From a virus, in IMG/VR virus record IMGVR_UViG_3300025914_000009, positions 32,001 through 96,000 of that record: a stretch of DNA of 64,000 nt. The stretch is one strand, 5' to 3'. Of this stretch, positions 27,415 through 38,328 are shown in pieces. A program made the translations under genes and the position numbers. Below the pieces are notes generated by a model. That model saw only the letters and a list, made by a program, of their open reading frames with translations, was not told where the DNA came from and searched no databases. The stretch's first letter is position 1; every line of letters begins with the position of its first letter.

Positions 27415-27477
27415 CTTATTACACTGGCTAGTGTATTCCTTAAGGGATAGTAAGGTTCGAATCCTTACATAATAGCG
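27415..27477 (+). ncRNA. Degenerate miniature tRNA-like element
   Basis: T arm GTAAGG-TTCGAAT-CCTTAC, small D-like and shrunken anticodon-like hairpins. Confidence 0.45.
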
Positions 27478-27590
27478 ACTTCACGAAGTGACCTTTGGTT
27501 GGGGCACAGAAGTCAATCACTATTGTTAAAAATGTCCTTACAGGACAGGGAACCATTCGAGAGGAGTTTCTACTCCTCTCACTCTTTTTT

Positions 27591-27663
27591 GGGTGTGTAG
27601 CTCAATGGATAGAGTGTCTGACTTCGGATCAGAAAGTTAAGGGTTCGAATCCCTTCATGCCCA
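27591..27663 (+). tRNA. tRNA-Arg(TCG)
   Basis: Canonical cloverleaf, TCTGA CT-TCG-GA TCAGA. Confidence 0.92.
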
Positions 27664-27855
27664 CAGGTTTTATGGCTAATGGTGTTTGATTAGTATTGCA
27701 AGAATTTAGCAATAATCAGTACTATTAAACGCGCCCTGAGTTTCTACTTGGGGCTCTTTTTTATTAACAAACTTAGTTTTTTTTTTAGAGCATATAATCG
27801 TTAGAGCCCTCTTGTGTCTACAGGAGGGCATTTTTAACCAAAAAAACCAAAAATT

Positions 27856-28563
27856 ATGACTAAGGTATATACCCCTGAAGGGAGCCTGCAGTTGAATCAC
27901 CAGCCTATATGGCAGGATGATACAGTCATTCCAGAGAAATACTACAAAAACCCTCAAAGCAGGCTGATAAAAAAGAGGGAAAAAGAAAGAGAGAAAGCAT
28001 CCTTCGAAAGGAAGTTTCAATTAACGGGATTAAAGGAAAGTACATGTCCTACACATGGAGTTCTTCCCATAAATAGATTTGGTGTTTTAGTAAGAAAAGG
28101 CAGGGCCTACGTAGATAAGCAATGTATAAAGTGTAAAAGTGCAAAACGACGAAAGATATCTACTAAAAGGAGGTCTACTGACCATAACATGAAGGAAAGA
28201 CAGAAAGAAGCAGTAAAGTTCCTTGCTGACTGGTATATAGATAGACTTTTAGTATGCTCCGGAATAAAGAAGGATCAAATAACTCCTGAAATGAGAGCAA
28301 GAAAAAGAATGGACTTAGAAGAGAAAAGGGAAAGGATAAAAAACCCGGGGGAAGTAAAGTATAAGACGAAAAAAAGCAGGAGGGGGAGAATGAAACTCTC
28401 TAAGTGGTATATAGATTCCATAATAAGGAATAGGAAATCATATAAAGGTGAAGAGATAACTGAGAAGATGAGAGAGAAAGTGAGAAATGAAATATATAAC
28501 AAAAGGCAGTCAGATGATAAAAGGTTCAGAGGAGTGAAACAAAGATTACAACAGGAAACTTAA
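27856..28563 (+). CDS. Basic nucleic-acid-binding protein with Zn-finger
   Basis: CPTHG...CIKC; internal repeat WYIDRLL/WYIDSII; K/R-rich. Confidence 0.6.
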   Translation: MTKVYTPEGSLQLNHQPIWQDDTVIPEKYYKNPQSRLIKKREKEREKASFERKFQLTGLKESTCPTHGVLPINRFGVLVRKGRAYVDKQCIKCKSAKRRKISTKRRSTDHNMKERQKEAVKFLADWYIDRLLVCSGIKKDQITPEMRARKRMDLEEKRERIKNPGEVKYKTKKSRRGRMKLSKWYIDSIIRNRKSYKGEEITEKMREKVRNEIYNKRQSDDKRFRGVKQRLQQET

Positions 28564-28657
28564 CAAATATAAAATGCAACTCAGGCCGTTTTTTTATAAT
28601 TCAGACCAGTAGGAGGGGTTTCTACCCCTCTTTTCATTTCATCATCAATCACCTAAT

Positions 28658-29491
28658 ATGAGATACAGAGCAAAAAATGATACAATTCTTGAGCATGAAG
28701 GAAAAGAAACCCTTACTGCCAAAGGGGACAAAGTATATGTCCAGCAATACAATGACAGATGGAAAGTTTTTAGTTTCTACAGCAGAAACATAGTTGTTTG
28801 TTGCACTAAAGATGAACTCATGGAATGGTTCTGTCCAGAAGATGAGTTCCAGAAACCCCCAAGGGAGAATAAATTTAGGGGTAGGTCATTTGGGAACAAA
28901 CTAATGACAGCTTTAATGCTAATAGCTCCTCTCATCACCACAGCTCAGATGAGTCCTGTAAAATGGAGTTATAATGCTGTAAGAGTAGACTCCAACTACT
29001 TTGAATTCCATCTAAGAGCTGATATCTATAGAGGATGGTGGATATATGAACCTAATAGACAAGAAGCATGTCCATATTCACCAATAGTTACCTTTGAGAG
29101 ATCCCCCCTTATGAAGCCTATAGAAAAACTATGCGTAATAGAATATGCCTATTATGCTGACAATGAAGAAATTGAGGGTGTAAATCCTCCACTGTGTCCT
29201 GTACCACAATATAAAACCAGTGTAATTTTTGTACAATTATTTAAAATGCCCATAAACAGGCTAGGGACTGTAAAAGGACAGATTATCTACCAGGCATTAG
29301 GAAGATATGTAATAGAACCTCCTATAACTGAGCAGTTTAGTATTAATGTAGGAGATGATTCAAACCTCGTGAGAACCAATTGTACTGCCGGTATTGCTAC
29401 TATTTACCCCAAGAGGACTATGAGAAAAGTACTCTGGTGGATAAGACATCCATTTGGCCCATCTTATATCAGCAAAAAAATTGTACCATAA
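28658..29491 (+). CDS. Protein containing DsbD N-terminal-like domain
   Basis: TAQMSPVKWSY...FHLRADIYRGWWIY resembles Bacteroidota DsbD-N; internal signal-like segment MTALMLIAPLITTAQ. Confidence 0.6.
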   Translation: MRYRAKNDTILEHEGKETLTAKGDKVYVQQYNDRWKVFSFYSRNIVVCCTKDELMEWFCPEDEFQKPPRENKFRGRSFGNKLMTALMLIAPLITTAQMSPVKWSYNAVRVDSNYFEFHLRADIYRGWWIYEPNRQEACPYSPIVTFERSPLMKPIEKLCVIEYAYYADNEEIEGVNPPLCPVPQYKTSVIFVQLFKMPINRLGTVKGQIIYQALGRYVIEPPITEQFSINVGDDSNLVRTNCTAGIATIYPKRTMRKVLWWIRHPFGPSYISKKIVP

Positions 29492-29881
29492 CTCTAGGGG
29501 AGCGAGAGGAGGGAATTGTTCATCCTTCAAAGGGTTAGCCCTCTATCACAAACTCCCCTATTCTTTAAATTATGAAACAAAAAAGAAAACAACGCGAAGA
29601 GCCCCTATTTTGGGGTATCGTAGGAATATTACTAGCATTTTATATGATATATCAAACATATAATATGCGTTAAAGATTGTCTGCACTTGATGTTGAAAAA
29701 TCCAAGTACCAGGGAATGATGTTCCCACAGCTCTGTGGAAGCTTAAGAGGGGGAAGGCAGACAAGAGTATAGACTTGTCCGTCTGATAGTCCAGTTACAT
29801 AAAAAGTGTTGTTCTGGTTGACATAACTATCAGGCTTTGTGCATCTCAACCATGGTTTGGTCTTAAGTGCACAGCCAATAG

Positions 29882-30301
29882 GTGTCTTCTCCCTTTTTAT
29901 TCAGTCATTTATTAAATCAACATAAAATGAAGAAAAAAGACCAAACCAAAGAAGCAAGTGAGGGAATATCAATAATTGAGGTTCCCTTTACAGCACGAGA
30001 AAAGAAAGCTTTGGGTAAAATCCTCGAAACCCCTCACTGGGGAAGGAGGAAACTGAAGGACGAATTTATTGCCGACAATGGTAGGCTATCTGAAGAAGTA
30101 GATGCCTACATTATGGCTAATGGGAAGCGTAAGAGAGTTAATGAAGCAGTAAGTGATTCTGGATCAGCGAATGATCCTATAGGCTCTAAGGAGAATAAAA
30201 AGCTGAGTGAGCCTGTAAAAGCACCTACCTCTGAGCTCAGAATGCAAATCAAAGGTCTCAGAATAGAAGGTGATATTCTGGTTATTGAGCTCAATAAGTA
30301 G
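29882..30301 (+). CDS. Hypothetical protein (start probably MKKKDQ ~29927)
   Basis: ORF. Confidence 0.6.
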   Translation: MSSPFLFSHLLNQHKMKKKDQTKEASEGISIIEVPFTAREKKALGKILETPHWGRRKLKDEFIADNGRLSEEVDAYIMANGKRKRVNEAVSDSGSANDPIGSKENKKLSEPVKAPTSELRMQIKGLRIEGDILVIELNK

Positions 30302-31342
30302 TTTTAACTAATTCGGATCAGGAGTAGGACAAACTCCAGAGAGGGGGGCATTGATAATACCAACTTTGTCCACCTCTCAATTCATTTCTGATTAGTAGCA
30401 ACGATCAGAACCATCGGCAGAGCTGATGATATGGGCAAGAAACAAGCTAAACTGATCCAAAATAGAGTACCTCTATAGAGCAGATACACTTGAGGATCTA
30501 ACTTCTGTATTTCTTCCCATATAAAGCCACACACCACATATTCAAAGTAGTGGGGCCAAAGATATTTAATTTTTCTACAGTAAGGGACGTCTGAAACGTC
30601 GATTTAACCAAGAAAGGAGGGGTGTTTCTACACTCCTCTTCTTATTTAACTAAAAACATTAATACATGAAAAAGGAAAGATTTTTTAATATTGTTCATTG
30701 GGCATCATTCTGCTCTGTGGGACTTTTTGTGTGCTGGGCAATGATTATCTACTTCAGCCACTGGGATGAAGTTATGACTTCTAAAACACAGTTCATGTTG
30801 CAATGGAAGCCATTACTAGGCATATTCTTAAGCTTCGCATGTCAAATTGCTAGTAGTATACTATTAAACAGGGAAAAATGAAACTAGAATTCCCTCTTAC
30901 TGTAGCATACAATAAAGAAGACAAAAAGATTGGATGTGTCCTTTTGCAACCAGCAATGGGCGCCACACTTCCCTCAGGGGTAGTATCAAGCCTATTCGAT
31001 ACAGACAGTTGGGAATTAAGTCCTGTTAAATTAAAGCTGTATACCCTTCATAATCAAGAGCAGTTTGATCTCATGGTTAAAATCACTAAAGAAGCCAGAA
31101 AATCATGAACAATCATTTGGAAGAAGTATGTCAAATGGGCCAAGGGGCTAAATGTTGTAAATTCTTAACATTAGGCCCTGAGGGGTTTGCTTGCGCAAAA
31201 ACTGATCCAGCTTTGTATGCCGGGATTATTGCTACATGGCACCTTAGTCCACATGTTGCTCAAGGAGACAACTGTGAAGGAGCCCAAGGCTCTGTTTTAA
31301 ACAAAAAAAGATAGTCTATTAATTCACATAAAATACACGAAA

Positions 31343-31975
31343 ATGGAAACAAACCAAGCAACACTTGCAGACCTTGCTAAGTATGACATCTATGTAGTAG
31401 CAGACCGTTCAGGTTCAATGGGAAACACAGACATGCCAAATGGCAGAAGTCGTTGGAAAGCTGCTGAAGAAGGCACTATCGCAGTAGCTTCTAAAGCAAT
31501 CCAGTATGATCAGGATGGTATTACTGTAGGCATATTTGGTGGAAACACTATCAAACTTATTGATAATGTGAAGGATACTGCTGCAATCCAGAAAATCTTC
31601 ACAGAAAATGAGCCTGCTGCCGGCACTCCCACTGATCAGATGTTAAATCAGGTATTTGACAGGTACTTTGCTGCCAAAGCTGCAGGTAACAATCCTAAAC
31701 CAATCTTACTGGCAGTAATTACCGACGGTGAGCCTAATGACAGAGGTGCTACTAAAAAGGCTATTGTTGAAGCTACCAAAAAGATGGACAAAGATGAGGA
31801 AATTGCTATCTCTTTCCTGCAGATAGGAAATGATCCTTCTGCCGCCAGCTTTCTGGCTGAATTGGATGATGAACTGGTAGACAAAATGGGTGCTAAGTTC
31901 GACATTGTTGATACAAAGAAACTGGAAGATGTTGAAAACATCACAGAGACTCTGCTCGCAGCAATAAATGATTAG
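31343..31975 (+). CDS. vWA domain protein
   Basis: MIDAS DRSGSM, GTPT, ITDGEP. Confidence 0.88.
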   Translation: METNQATLADLAKYDIYVVADRSGSMGNTDMPNGRSRWKAAEEGTIAVASKAIQYDQDGITVGIFGGNTIKLIDNVKDTAAIQKIFTENEPAAGTPTDQMLNQVFDRYFAAKAAGNNPKPILLAVITDGEPNDRGATKKAIVEATKKMDKDEEIAISFLQIGNDPSAASFLAELDDELVDKMGAKFDIVDTKKLEDVENITETLLAAIND

Positions 31976-32716
31976 TGATTCTTCCAAGCAGGTTAAGGAT
32001 GAATAATTCTTAACTTTATCTCCTGCTCCCTGAGGGAAATGGGAGAGCTTAAGTCATTGAAGCTCATATACAACAATATCCCCATAGCTTACCAGAGCCA
32101 TTCCTGAAAGGAGATAAGGATCAAAATGCATACGAAGTTCACGTACTCCGTGGTATGCTAATACTTCACTTATTCTCTTGCTGGTACAAGAGACAGGAGA
32201 TTATTTTCTAACACTAAAAATCATTTATTATGGGATCTTTCTTATTTGGAGCAGTATGTGGTTTAGTTGTAGGAATGGTATTTGGCCACGGTATATGGAC
32301 ATGGATAAAAACCATAGCTGATAAAAATCAAACCAAAACTCCATAGTCATGGCACTCTTAACTGGACTAATTCTCCTATTTGGTGCTGTTATAGGTTTTG
32401 TAGTAGCTTGGCATTGGCAAAGGGCAAAGTACGAGAAGGTTTTAAAGGTTTTAGGTAGTCAGATGCATGCTAGTAGCAATAGCACACCGTCTTAAGATAT
32501 ATGGCTAAGCACAAGAATTACAGCGAAGAAGCAGTTGTAAGTCAACTGAATCAGAAGTCAGACATTCTGATCCCTAAGGATACTAAGAAGATCCTCATGC
32601 TCTTTGGTAGTCAATCCAGAGGAGATGTGGGTATCAAATCCCGTGGGAAGATAGACTTCTTACATAAGTACCATGGATATGTACGTCTGTGGGTAACCTC
32701 ATTTAAAAACTAAGTC

Positions 32717-33139
32717 ATGATCGACCACACAGCTATTTTAAGCGGAGCTTTATTCGATTACAATGATTGGGTAGTGAAGCAAACCAATGTTTCTGTGGTT
32801 CCTGCTGAACTGAGAGGTATATTCTATAATAAGTTGATAACAAGACTTAAGGATGGATATGACTCAATTGACCTCAGAGCAGCAATTAAGCCCGATCATC
32901 TTGTTATATCCTTTACTTCCCGTGGGTACATTGCAAGCCTTTCTTTTGTTAATGAAAGACATGCTTATACAGCTTCCCTCAGGAATCAAATCTTGGATGG
33001 TCTTGAAAAGGCTCTAGTTGAAATAGATGTAACCAGTTTTCAGGACAAGTTTTCTTATGAGCTAAGTAAAGTGATTTTGGAAGCAAAAAAATGTTTCAAT
33101 TATGGAAGACAACAAACCCCAAGGGGAGGATCAGAGTAA
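32717..33139 (+). CDS. Hypothetical protein
   Basis: 140 aa ORF. Confidence 0.65.
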   Translation: MIDHTAILSGALFDYNDWVVKQTNVSVVPAELRGIFYNKLITRLKDGYDSIDLRAAIKPDHLVISFTSRGYIASLSFVNERHAYTASLRNQILDGLEKALVEIDVTSFQDKFSYELSKVILEAKKCFNYGRQQTPRGGSE

Positions 33140-33539
33140 AGAGGCTAAAAAGGTAGACGAAAGATACCAGAAGGGTCTCAGAACTCTCACTGCCTTAATG
33201 GGAGGGCCTGATTGGGCAAAAGCAACAAAACTATCTAAGGCAGAAATGCCTGAGGTTCTTGCAAGAATTATCCAGAAGAAGAAAGAAGCTCTCATGGTAA
33301 CCTTCGAACAAAGCTATGAGAAGATTGTAGAGAGAAAAAAGCATCTGGACAAAACTATTGCTGACAAGGAAAGAGAACTGCAGAAGATCATTACTGAAGA
33401 AAAGAAAGTCTTCAACAAGGAAGTAGATGTCCTTAGAACCCTCTTTACTAAAATTGATGAAATTGAAAAAGAGTATTTCGCAGATTTGATGAGCGGAGAT
33501 ACTGAGTCAGAAGATTATACTGAACCTTCTAAAGAGTAG
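33102..33539 (+). CDS. Hypothetical coiled-coil protein
   Basis: 145 aa ORF. Confidence 0.65.
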   Translation: MEDNKPQGEDQSKEAKKVDERYQKGLRTLTALMGGPDWAKATKLSKAEMPEVLARIIQKKKEALMVTFEQSYEKIVERKKHLDKTIADKERELQKIITEEKKVFNKEVDVLRTLFTKIDEIEKEYFADLMSGDTESEDYTEPSKE

Positions 33540-33542
33540 CCT

Positions 33543-33809
33543 ATGCAACAAGGTAGCTTAATAATGCTGGCCAAACCTCTAACAAAGAAGGACTATGAGT
33601 TGGCCAGAAAACTTGGCACCCCAATGCCTGCAAAGGATGTATTTTATACCATTTCGAGAGGGCCATTTTTGATCTATTGTCATATACAGAAAAAAAGTAC
33701 TTTGACAATTCAAATTGAAGAATTGGGAACAGGTTTTTACGATCCATCGTTCTTTATTGAGGTACAGGCACCTATGAAAATTGATCTAAATGAGATTTTA
33801 GTCATCTAA
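33543..33809 (+). CDS. Small paralogous-family protein 1
   Basis: MQQGSL...FIEVQAP; similar to 33821 and 35625 ORFs. Confidence 0.65.
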   Translation: MQQGSLIMLAKPLTKKDYELARKLGTPMPAKDVFYTISRGPFLIYCHIQKKSTLTIQIEELGTGFYDPSFFIEVQAPMKIDLNEILVI

Positions 33810-33820
33810 AACCATTTCGT

Positions 33821-34093
33821 ATGAAAAAGGGAAGTATCGTCGAACTAAAGGAAGACTTCTATTCAGGTACAGAAGAAATGCTACTACTCTCTACTATGGG
33901 CTACCCTCTATTACTACATCATACTCCTTATGTACTCAGTAATGATCCTATTGAATACACTTGTGGAAGCTGTGGAAAAATCCATGTAGCAATAGAATTA
34001 GAGGAATTTCCCGAACTAGCCTTCAATGGAGAACATTTTGAAGAAGTACTTGCACCCCAAGAGGTAGAACTTGCAGCATTATTAGATACTTAA
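33821..34093 (+). CDS. Small paralogous-family protein 2
   Basis: MKKGSIV...FEEVLAP. Confidence 0.65.
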   Translation: MKKGSIVELKEDFYSGTEEMLLLSTMGYPLLLHHTPYVLSNDPIEYTCGSCGKIHVAIELEEFPELAFNGEHFEEVLAPQEVELAALLDT

Positions 34094-34185
34094 ACACATT
34101 GACTCCAGGTACTATAGTCAAGTTAAGTGCAGAACACGGCGTAGAGCCAGTGTAATGCTGGTTCTACGTCTTTTAAAAGTGAGTT

Positions 34186-34734
34186 ATGGAATCATCCGAT
34201 AAAGTAAAGGCGATTTATAATGTTACTGATACCCATATATATGGGTTCTTTAACGAATATAGGTACTTGTCCAACTTTCATTTACATTCGATTGAATATG
34301 AAGGGATTCTGTATCCTTCGAATGAAAATGCTTACCAAGCAGCCAAGATTGACTATCAAGGGCATATGCAGCAAAAGTATCAAAGGATGAAGTTTGCTGA
34401 ATTAACTCCAAGTCAAGCTAAAAGTGCTGGCCGCTCAGTGTCCTTAAGGGAAGACTGGTTACAAAAGATACCAAATGATCAGATAGTATTTGATACATCT
34501 GGAGTCTTGATAGAGCAGGTAAGAGACAAGATAATGTATGACCTAAATGAAATCAAATTCTCCAATCCTCATCTCAGGAACCTTCTTCTGTCAACGGAGG
34601 ATAAGTATCTTGAGGAAACCAATTGGTGGAGAGATGACTATTGGGGAGTACATAACGGTAAAGGTCTAAACAAACTTGGCAGAATCCTGATGAAGATCAG
34701 AGATGAAGCTAAAGCTAAAAAGGAGGCAGCATGA
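34186..34734 (+). CDS. NADAR (YbiA-like) hydrolase
   Basis: YLSNF, ENAYQAAK, EETNWWRDDYWG, GLNKLGRILMKIR. Confidence 0.9.
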   Translation: MESSDKVKAIYNVTDTHIYGFFNEYRYLSNFHLHSIEYEGILYPSNENAYQAAKIDYQGHMQQKYQRMKFAELTPSQAKSAGRSVSLREDWLQKIPNDQIVFDTSGVLIEQVRDKIMYDLNEIKFSNPHLRNLLLSTEDKYLEETNWWRDDYWGVHNGKGLNKLGRILMKIRDEAKAKKEAA

Positions 34735-35051
34735 AAACTTTAACAGATGTCAGGAATTTCTTAAATGAGATTCCTGATGAAAAATGGTGCATGAACAGCT
34801 TTGAAAATGCACAGGGTCAAAGATGTGCTTTAGGGCATATAAACCATGCACTTTGTGGAAATGCTGTACCATCCTTGCAGGATTGCAGTGAAGGGACATA
34901 TGGGCCTTCAATCTCACTCCTTCCTTCTGCAAGCTTTGCGCTGACAGTCGTAAAAGCCAATAATGGTCATTACACCTCAGCTAAAGGGAATACTCCGAGA
35001 GAAAGAGTAGTTAACCTCATTGATGAAGAACTAAAGAAGAAGAATACATGA
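34731..35051 (+). CDS. Hypothetical protein, paralog of 42916
   Basis: IPDEKWC...RCALGH...TPRERV. Confidence 0.65.
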   Translation: MKTLTDVRNFLNEIPDEKWCMNSFENAQGQRCALGHINHALCGNAVPSLQDCSEGTYGPSISLLPSASFALTVVKANNGHYTSAKGNTPRERVVNLIDEELKKKNT

Positions 35052-35623
35052 GTCTAAAATTCACCCGGTCAAAGACCGAAGAGCATTATTTTACTTCTGA
35101 TTATCACTGGGGTCATACTAATGTCTTGAAATACGATGGTAGACCATTCGAAAGTATCGAAAATCATGACAAATATATTGTGGAATGCCACAACAGAGTT
35201 GTCAGACCAACAGACCATTTATGGTTCTTAGGTGACCTATCCCTTGGGGATCTAAAGGAGGCTGAACTCATGCTCAGAGATATGAATGGGATTAAGCACT
35301 TCATCAAAGGCAACCATGATCATAATGAGACTATTGATATATACAAGAGATGTGGTATATATCATGGTGAACAGATCACCATTGTCATTGATGGGCAGAA
35401 GATCATTCTTAACCATTGCAGGATGTATGTATGGCCAAACTCCCATCATGGATCTTGGAATGTACATGGGCATTCACATGGTACTCTTGACAATGCCCCC
35501 TGGGGGAAGAGTATGGACGTGTGCATCGCCATAAGGCATTATTACCCAATATCATACCCAGGGATAGGCACTATTATGACCACCAAAGACATTTTGATAA
35601 CTGATCACAGGAGAAAAGAGTAA
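35048..35623 (+). CDS. Calcineurin-like metallophosphoesterase
   Basis: SDYHWGH, LGD, GNHD, HGHSH. Confidence 0.92.
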   Translation: MSLKFTRSKTEEHYFTSDYHWGHTNVLKYDGRPFESIENHDKYIVECHNRVVRPTDHLWFLGDLSLGDLKEAELMLRDMNGIKHFIKGNHDHNETIDIYKRCGIYHGEQITIVIDGQKIILNHCRMYVWPNSHHGSWNVHGHSHGTLDNAPWGKSMDVCIAIRHYYPISYPGIGTIMTTKDILITDHRRKE

Positions 35624-35624
35624 C

Positions 35625-35903
35625 TTGTTAAAAATCAGTGTTATGCAAAAAGGATCTTTAGTAAAATATATAGGCGGCCAATGTGAATTTGGCAAGCTTG
35701 TATACCCTCTCTCTAAAGAAGAGGTATATACAATATCTGGTATATATCTCGGTCTCTTCTTAGGTCAAGCTAAGGGAGCAGTGACTTTAGAAGAAGCTGA
35801 TGGTTATGGATTCATAATGAATATGTTTGAAGAGATTCAACCACCTATAACTTCTGAAGAAATTTTGGAAGCCGTAGAAGAAAATGTAGTTTTACAAGAT
35901 TAA
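35625..35903 (+). CDS. Small paralogous-family protein 3
   Basis: MQKGSLV...FEEIQPP. Confidence 0.65.
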   Translation: MLKISVMQKGSLVKYIGGQCEFGKLVYPLSKEEVYTISGIYLGLFLGQAKGAVTLEEADGYGFIMNMFEEIQPPITSEEILEAVEENVVLQD

Positions 35904-35906
35904 ATT

Positions 35907-36482
35907 CTATCTGTAGAATCTGGACATATCCCTTTGTTTGGGAGATGACTGATAAGTACAAGATTCTCCATGATAGGTAAATGTGTAGCCTTTTGCAGAT
36001 TTCCCTTTACCTGCAAGGATTCTATGAATAGTTGCTATGTGAAGAGAAAGTGCTTTGGCACAAGTCTTCATAGTTGGAAAAGTGGCAAAGAGAGACAAAT
36101 CATGAATAAGATAAACATCAACTGACTTTACTCTTTTATGATGAGCTTCTCTGATCTTTTCGGCAGTTTTCTGAGAGCACTGAAAGTTTTCACCATTTGG
36201 TTCATAAATGTTGTAACCATATTCAGGAAGGTGAGAATTATGTTGTGAAATATAATAGACTTCTCTGGCTATCCTGTTCTCAAAAGTGCATTCTTCAAGT
36301 ACATAGAAAGAAAATTTGTCTTTTCCATACTTGTTATAAGAACTTTGAAGATGGATAGAAAAATGGGTACCTTTACTCAACTGACGAAAATGTGAATACT
36401 TTCTAGTCTTTGGAGATTTTGTAGAACCTATATAAACCTTATTGTTAACCAGGTTCTTTATTGCATATATGTAAGCTTTCAT
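35907..36482 (-). mobile_element. Free-standing GIY-YIG homing endonuclease
   Basis: YIYAIKNLVNNKVYIGST, C-terminal NUMOD1/HTH-like segment; inverted relative to neighbours. Confidence 0.9.
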
Positions 36483-36486
36483 AACA

Positions 36487-36518
36487 TGAAGTTACACATT
36501 TGACAGCAAAAAACCAAA
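36487..36518 (-). promoter_or_regulatory. Bacteroidota-type promoter for the GIY-YIG gene
   Basis: TTTG-N20-TAACTTCA just upstream of the ATG. Confidence 0.55.
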
Positions 36519-36530
36519 TATTTCGACAAG

Positions 36531-38237
36531 ATGTTTGACAGCAAAAAGACACAGTTATTCTCCATGCCGGAGAAGAAGAAAACGACATCTGACTCACCAT
36601 TTGTGCAAGCAGGTCTCAAAAAGAAAGCTCAAGTCCTATCAGGAAATGGAGCTATCAAGTATTCTACAACAGGGAATGCTTTTGTAGACCAGTTTGGTAA
36701 GATGGGAGAGTACAAAAAGCCCAGATCTTTCTCTGATATAGAAAAAGATTGCGAAGCTCTATGGGCAATTGATCCTTTGAGGGCAATCAAGATGAGCTTT
36801 TACATACGTACAATTACCAGACCTACCGACTTATTAGGAAAAACTACTTCCATTACCCAGAGGGGTGCTGAGCTTAAGCATGAGGGTATAATGAGGCTTA
36901 TATGGTTGGCTACTAAAGATCAGCAAGCTTTCATAAAGAATCTATGGGTTCTTCCAGTCCTCGGATCATGGAAAGATATTATTACAATGCTTCAGTATGA
37001 TCTTGTATATCATGGATGGGGAGGTAGAGTTTTACCATGGGTAAGATTTGGTGATCTACTATTATCTGCCCTTGGGGATAAGAATACTTGTGAACTGGTA
37101 AAGAAATACATACCTAGTATCAAGACCAATTCAAAATGTACTACTGTAGAAGCACAGGCTGATACCATGATTGCCAAATGGCTTTGCGGACTTCTATATC
37201 CTGAATATGTAGATAGTCCTGATGAGGTGCATGGTAAGTTTCATAAAAAGTACAGGAAGATGAAAACCTCAGGTACTGCTCATGAATGGCAAAAGCTTAT
37301 TTCTCAGAAGAAATTCGATAGAATAGACTTTGGTAAGATTCATGGGCGTGCTTTATCACTCCTTGTAAGGAGTAAATTCCTGAAGCGTCAAGGCTTACAG
37401 GATAAATATGCGGCATGGGTTAAGAAGCCTACTACAGAGGTTAAATACACAGGATATGTCCATGAGCTGTTCTCAGAACTCTTCCGAGGAAGTATGAGTG
37501 CAAAATACCCAACCTTGGCAAGTGTTCCAGAACATATGAGAGATACTATCAACAAACAGTTTGTGACCCTGGTTAACAAAGGTAAATCAGAGGATCATAC
37601 CACCTCTCTGATTGTTGTTAGAGATACCTCAGGCTCAATGATGTCCACAGCTACGGGCACTAACATGTCTTCCTATGGAATCTCAAAGGCATTAGGGTTA
37701 TACTTTGCAGAGTTCTTGGAGGGCCCATTTGCAAACTCTTGGATAGAATTTAACAGCGGAGCCAAGATGCACCAATGGACAGGTAAGACCCCGATTGAAA
37801 AATGGTTCAATGACACAAGTTCTGTTGTGGGAGGTACTGATTTTCAATCAGTTGTGAAATTATTCTGCCAAATAAAGGCTCAGGGAGTTCCTGAATCTCA
37901 ATTCCCCTCAGGGATTCTATGTATTTCGGATGGTGAGTTCAATCCTGCCATGGCAAGCAAGACCAATGTAGAAAGCATGCTACTTACTCTAAGAAATGCT
38001 GGTTTCAGTGAGGATTATGTAAGTAACTTTGTTATTGTCTTCTGGAACATACCTAATCAGTATTATGGAGCCATGTCTAGAACAAAGTTCGAAACATATG
38101 GAAGTATCTCAAATGTATTCTACTTTGGGAGTTATTCAGCCTCTATAGTAGCCTTCTTAACATCCAAAATTCGAACAGCTGCAGAGCTGGTAGATGTAGC
38201 TCTTGATCAGGAAGTATTAAACTTAGTAAAGCTTTAG
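36531..38237 (+). CDS. Ro60/TROVE-like helical protein with C-terminal vWA domain (DUF2828-like)
   Basis: N-terminal SGNGAIKYSTTGNAFVDQF, GSWKD, vWA DTSGSM, GGTDF, ISDGEF; 568 aa, similar in size and layout to Ro60. Confidence 0.75.
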   Translation: MFDSKKTQLFSMPEKKKTTSDSPFVQAGLKKKAQVLSGNGAIKYSTTGNAFVDQFGKMGEYKKPRSFSDIEKDCEALWAIDPLRAIKMSFYIRTITRPTDLLGKTTSITQRGAELKHEGIMRLIWLATKDQQAFIKNLWVLPVLGSWKDIITMLQYDLVYHGWGGRVLPWVRFGDLLLSALGDKNTCELVKKYIPSIKTNSKCTTVEAQADTMIAKWLCGLLYPEYVDSPDEVHGKFHKKYRKMKTSGTAHEWQKLISQKKFDRIDFGKIHGRALSLLVRSKFLKRQGLQDKYAAWVKKPTTEVKYTGYVHELFSELFRGSMSAKYPTLASVPEHMRDTINKQFVTLVNKGKSEDHTTSLIVVRDTSGSMMSTATGTNMSSYGISKALGLYFAEFLEGPFANSWIEFNSGAKMHQWTGKTPIEKWFNDTSSVVGGTDFQSVVKLFCQIKAQGVPESQFPSGILCISDGEFNPAMASKTNVESMLLTLRNAGFSEDYVSNFVIVFWNIPNQYYGAMSRTKFETYGSISNVFYFGSYSASIVAFLTSKIRTAAELVDVALDQEVLNLVKL

Positions 38238-38328
38238 GGGCAGCTACAGCAAACACTATATTATACAGATTAATGCTGAACAAAATCCTGAGTGTTCTGA
38301 AGTTTCCCAGACAGGTGAATGCTGTCCC
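38237..38328 (+). ncRNA. ACAGCAAA cassette 0
   Basis: Stem GGGGCAGC/GCTGTCCC, ACAGCAAA at 38246; starts at the stop codon of the Ro-like gene. Confidence 0.7.
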
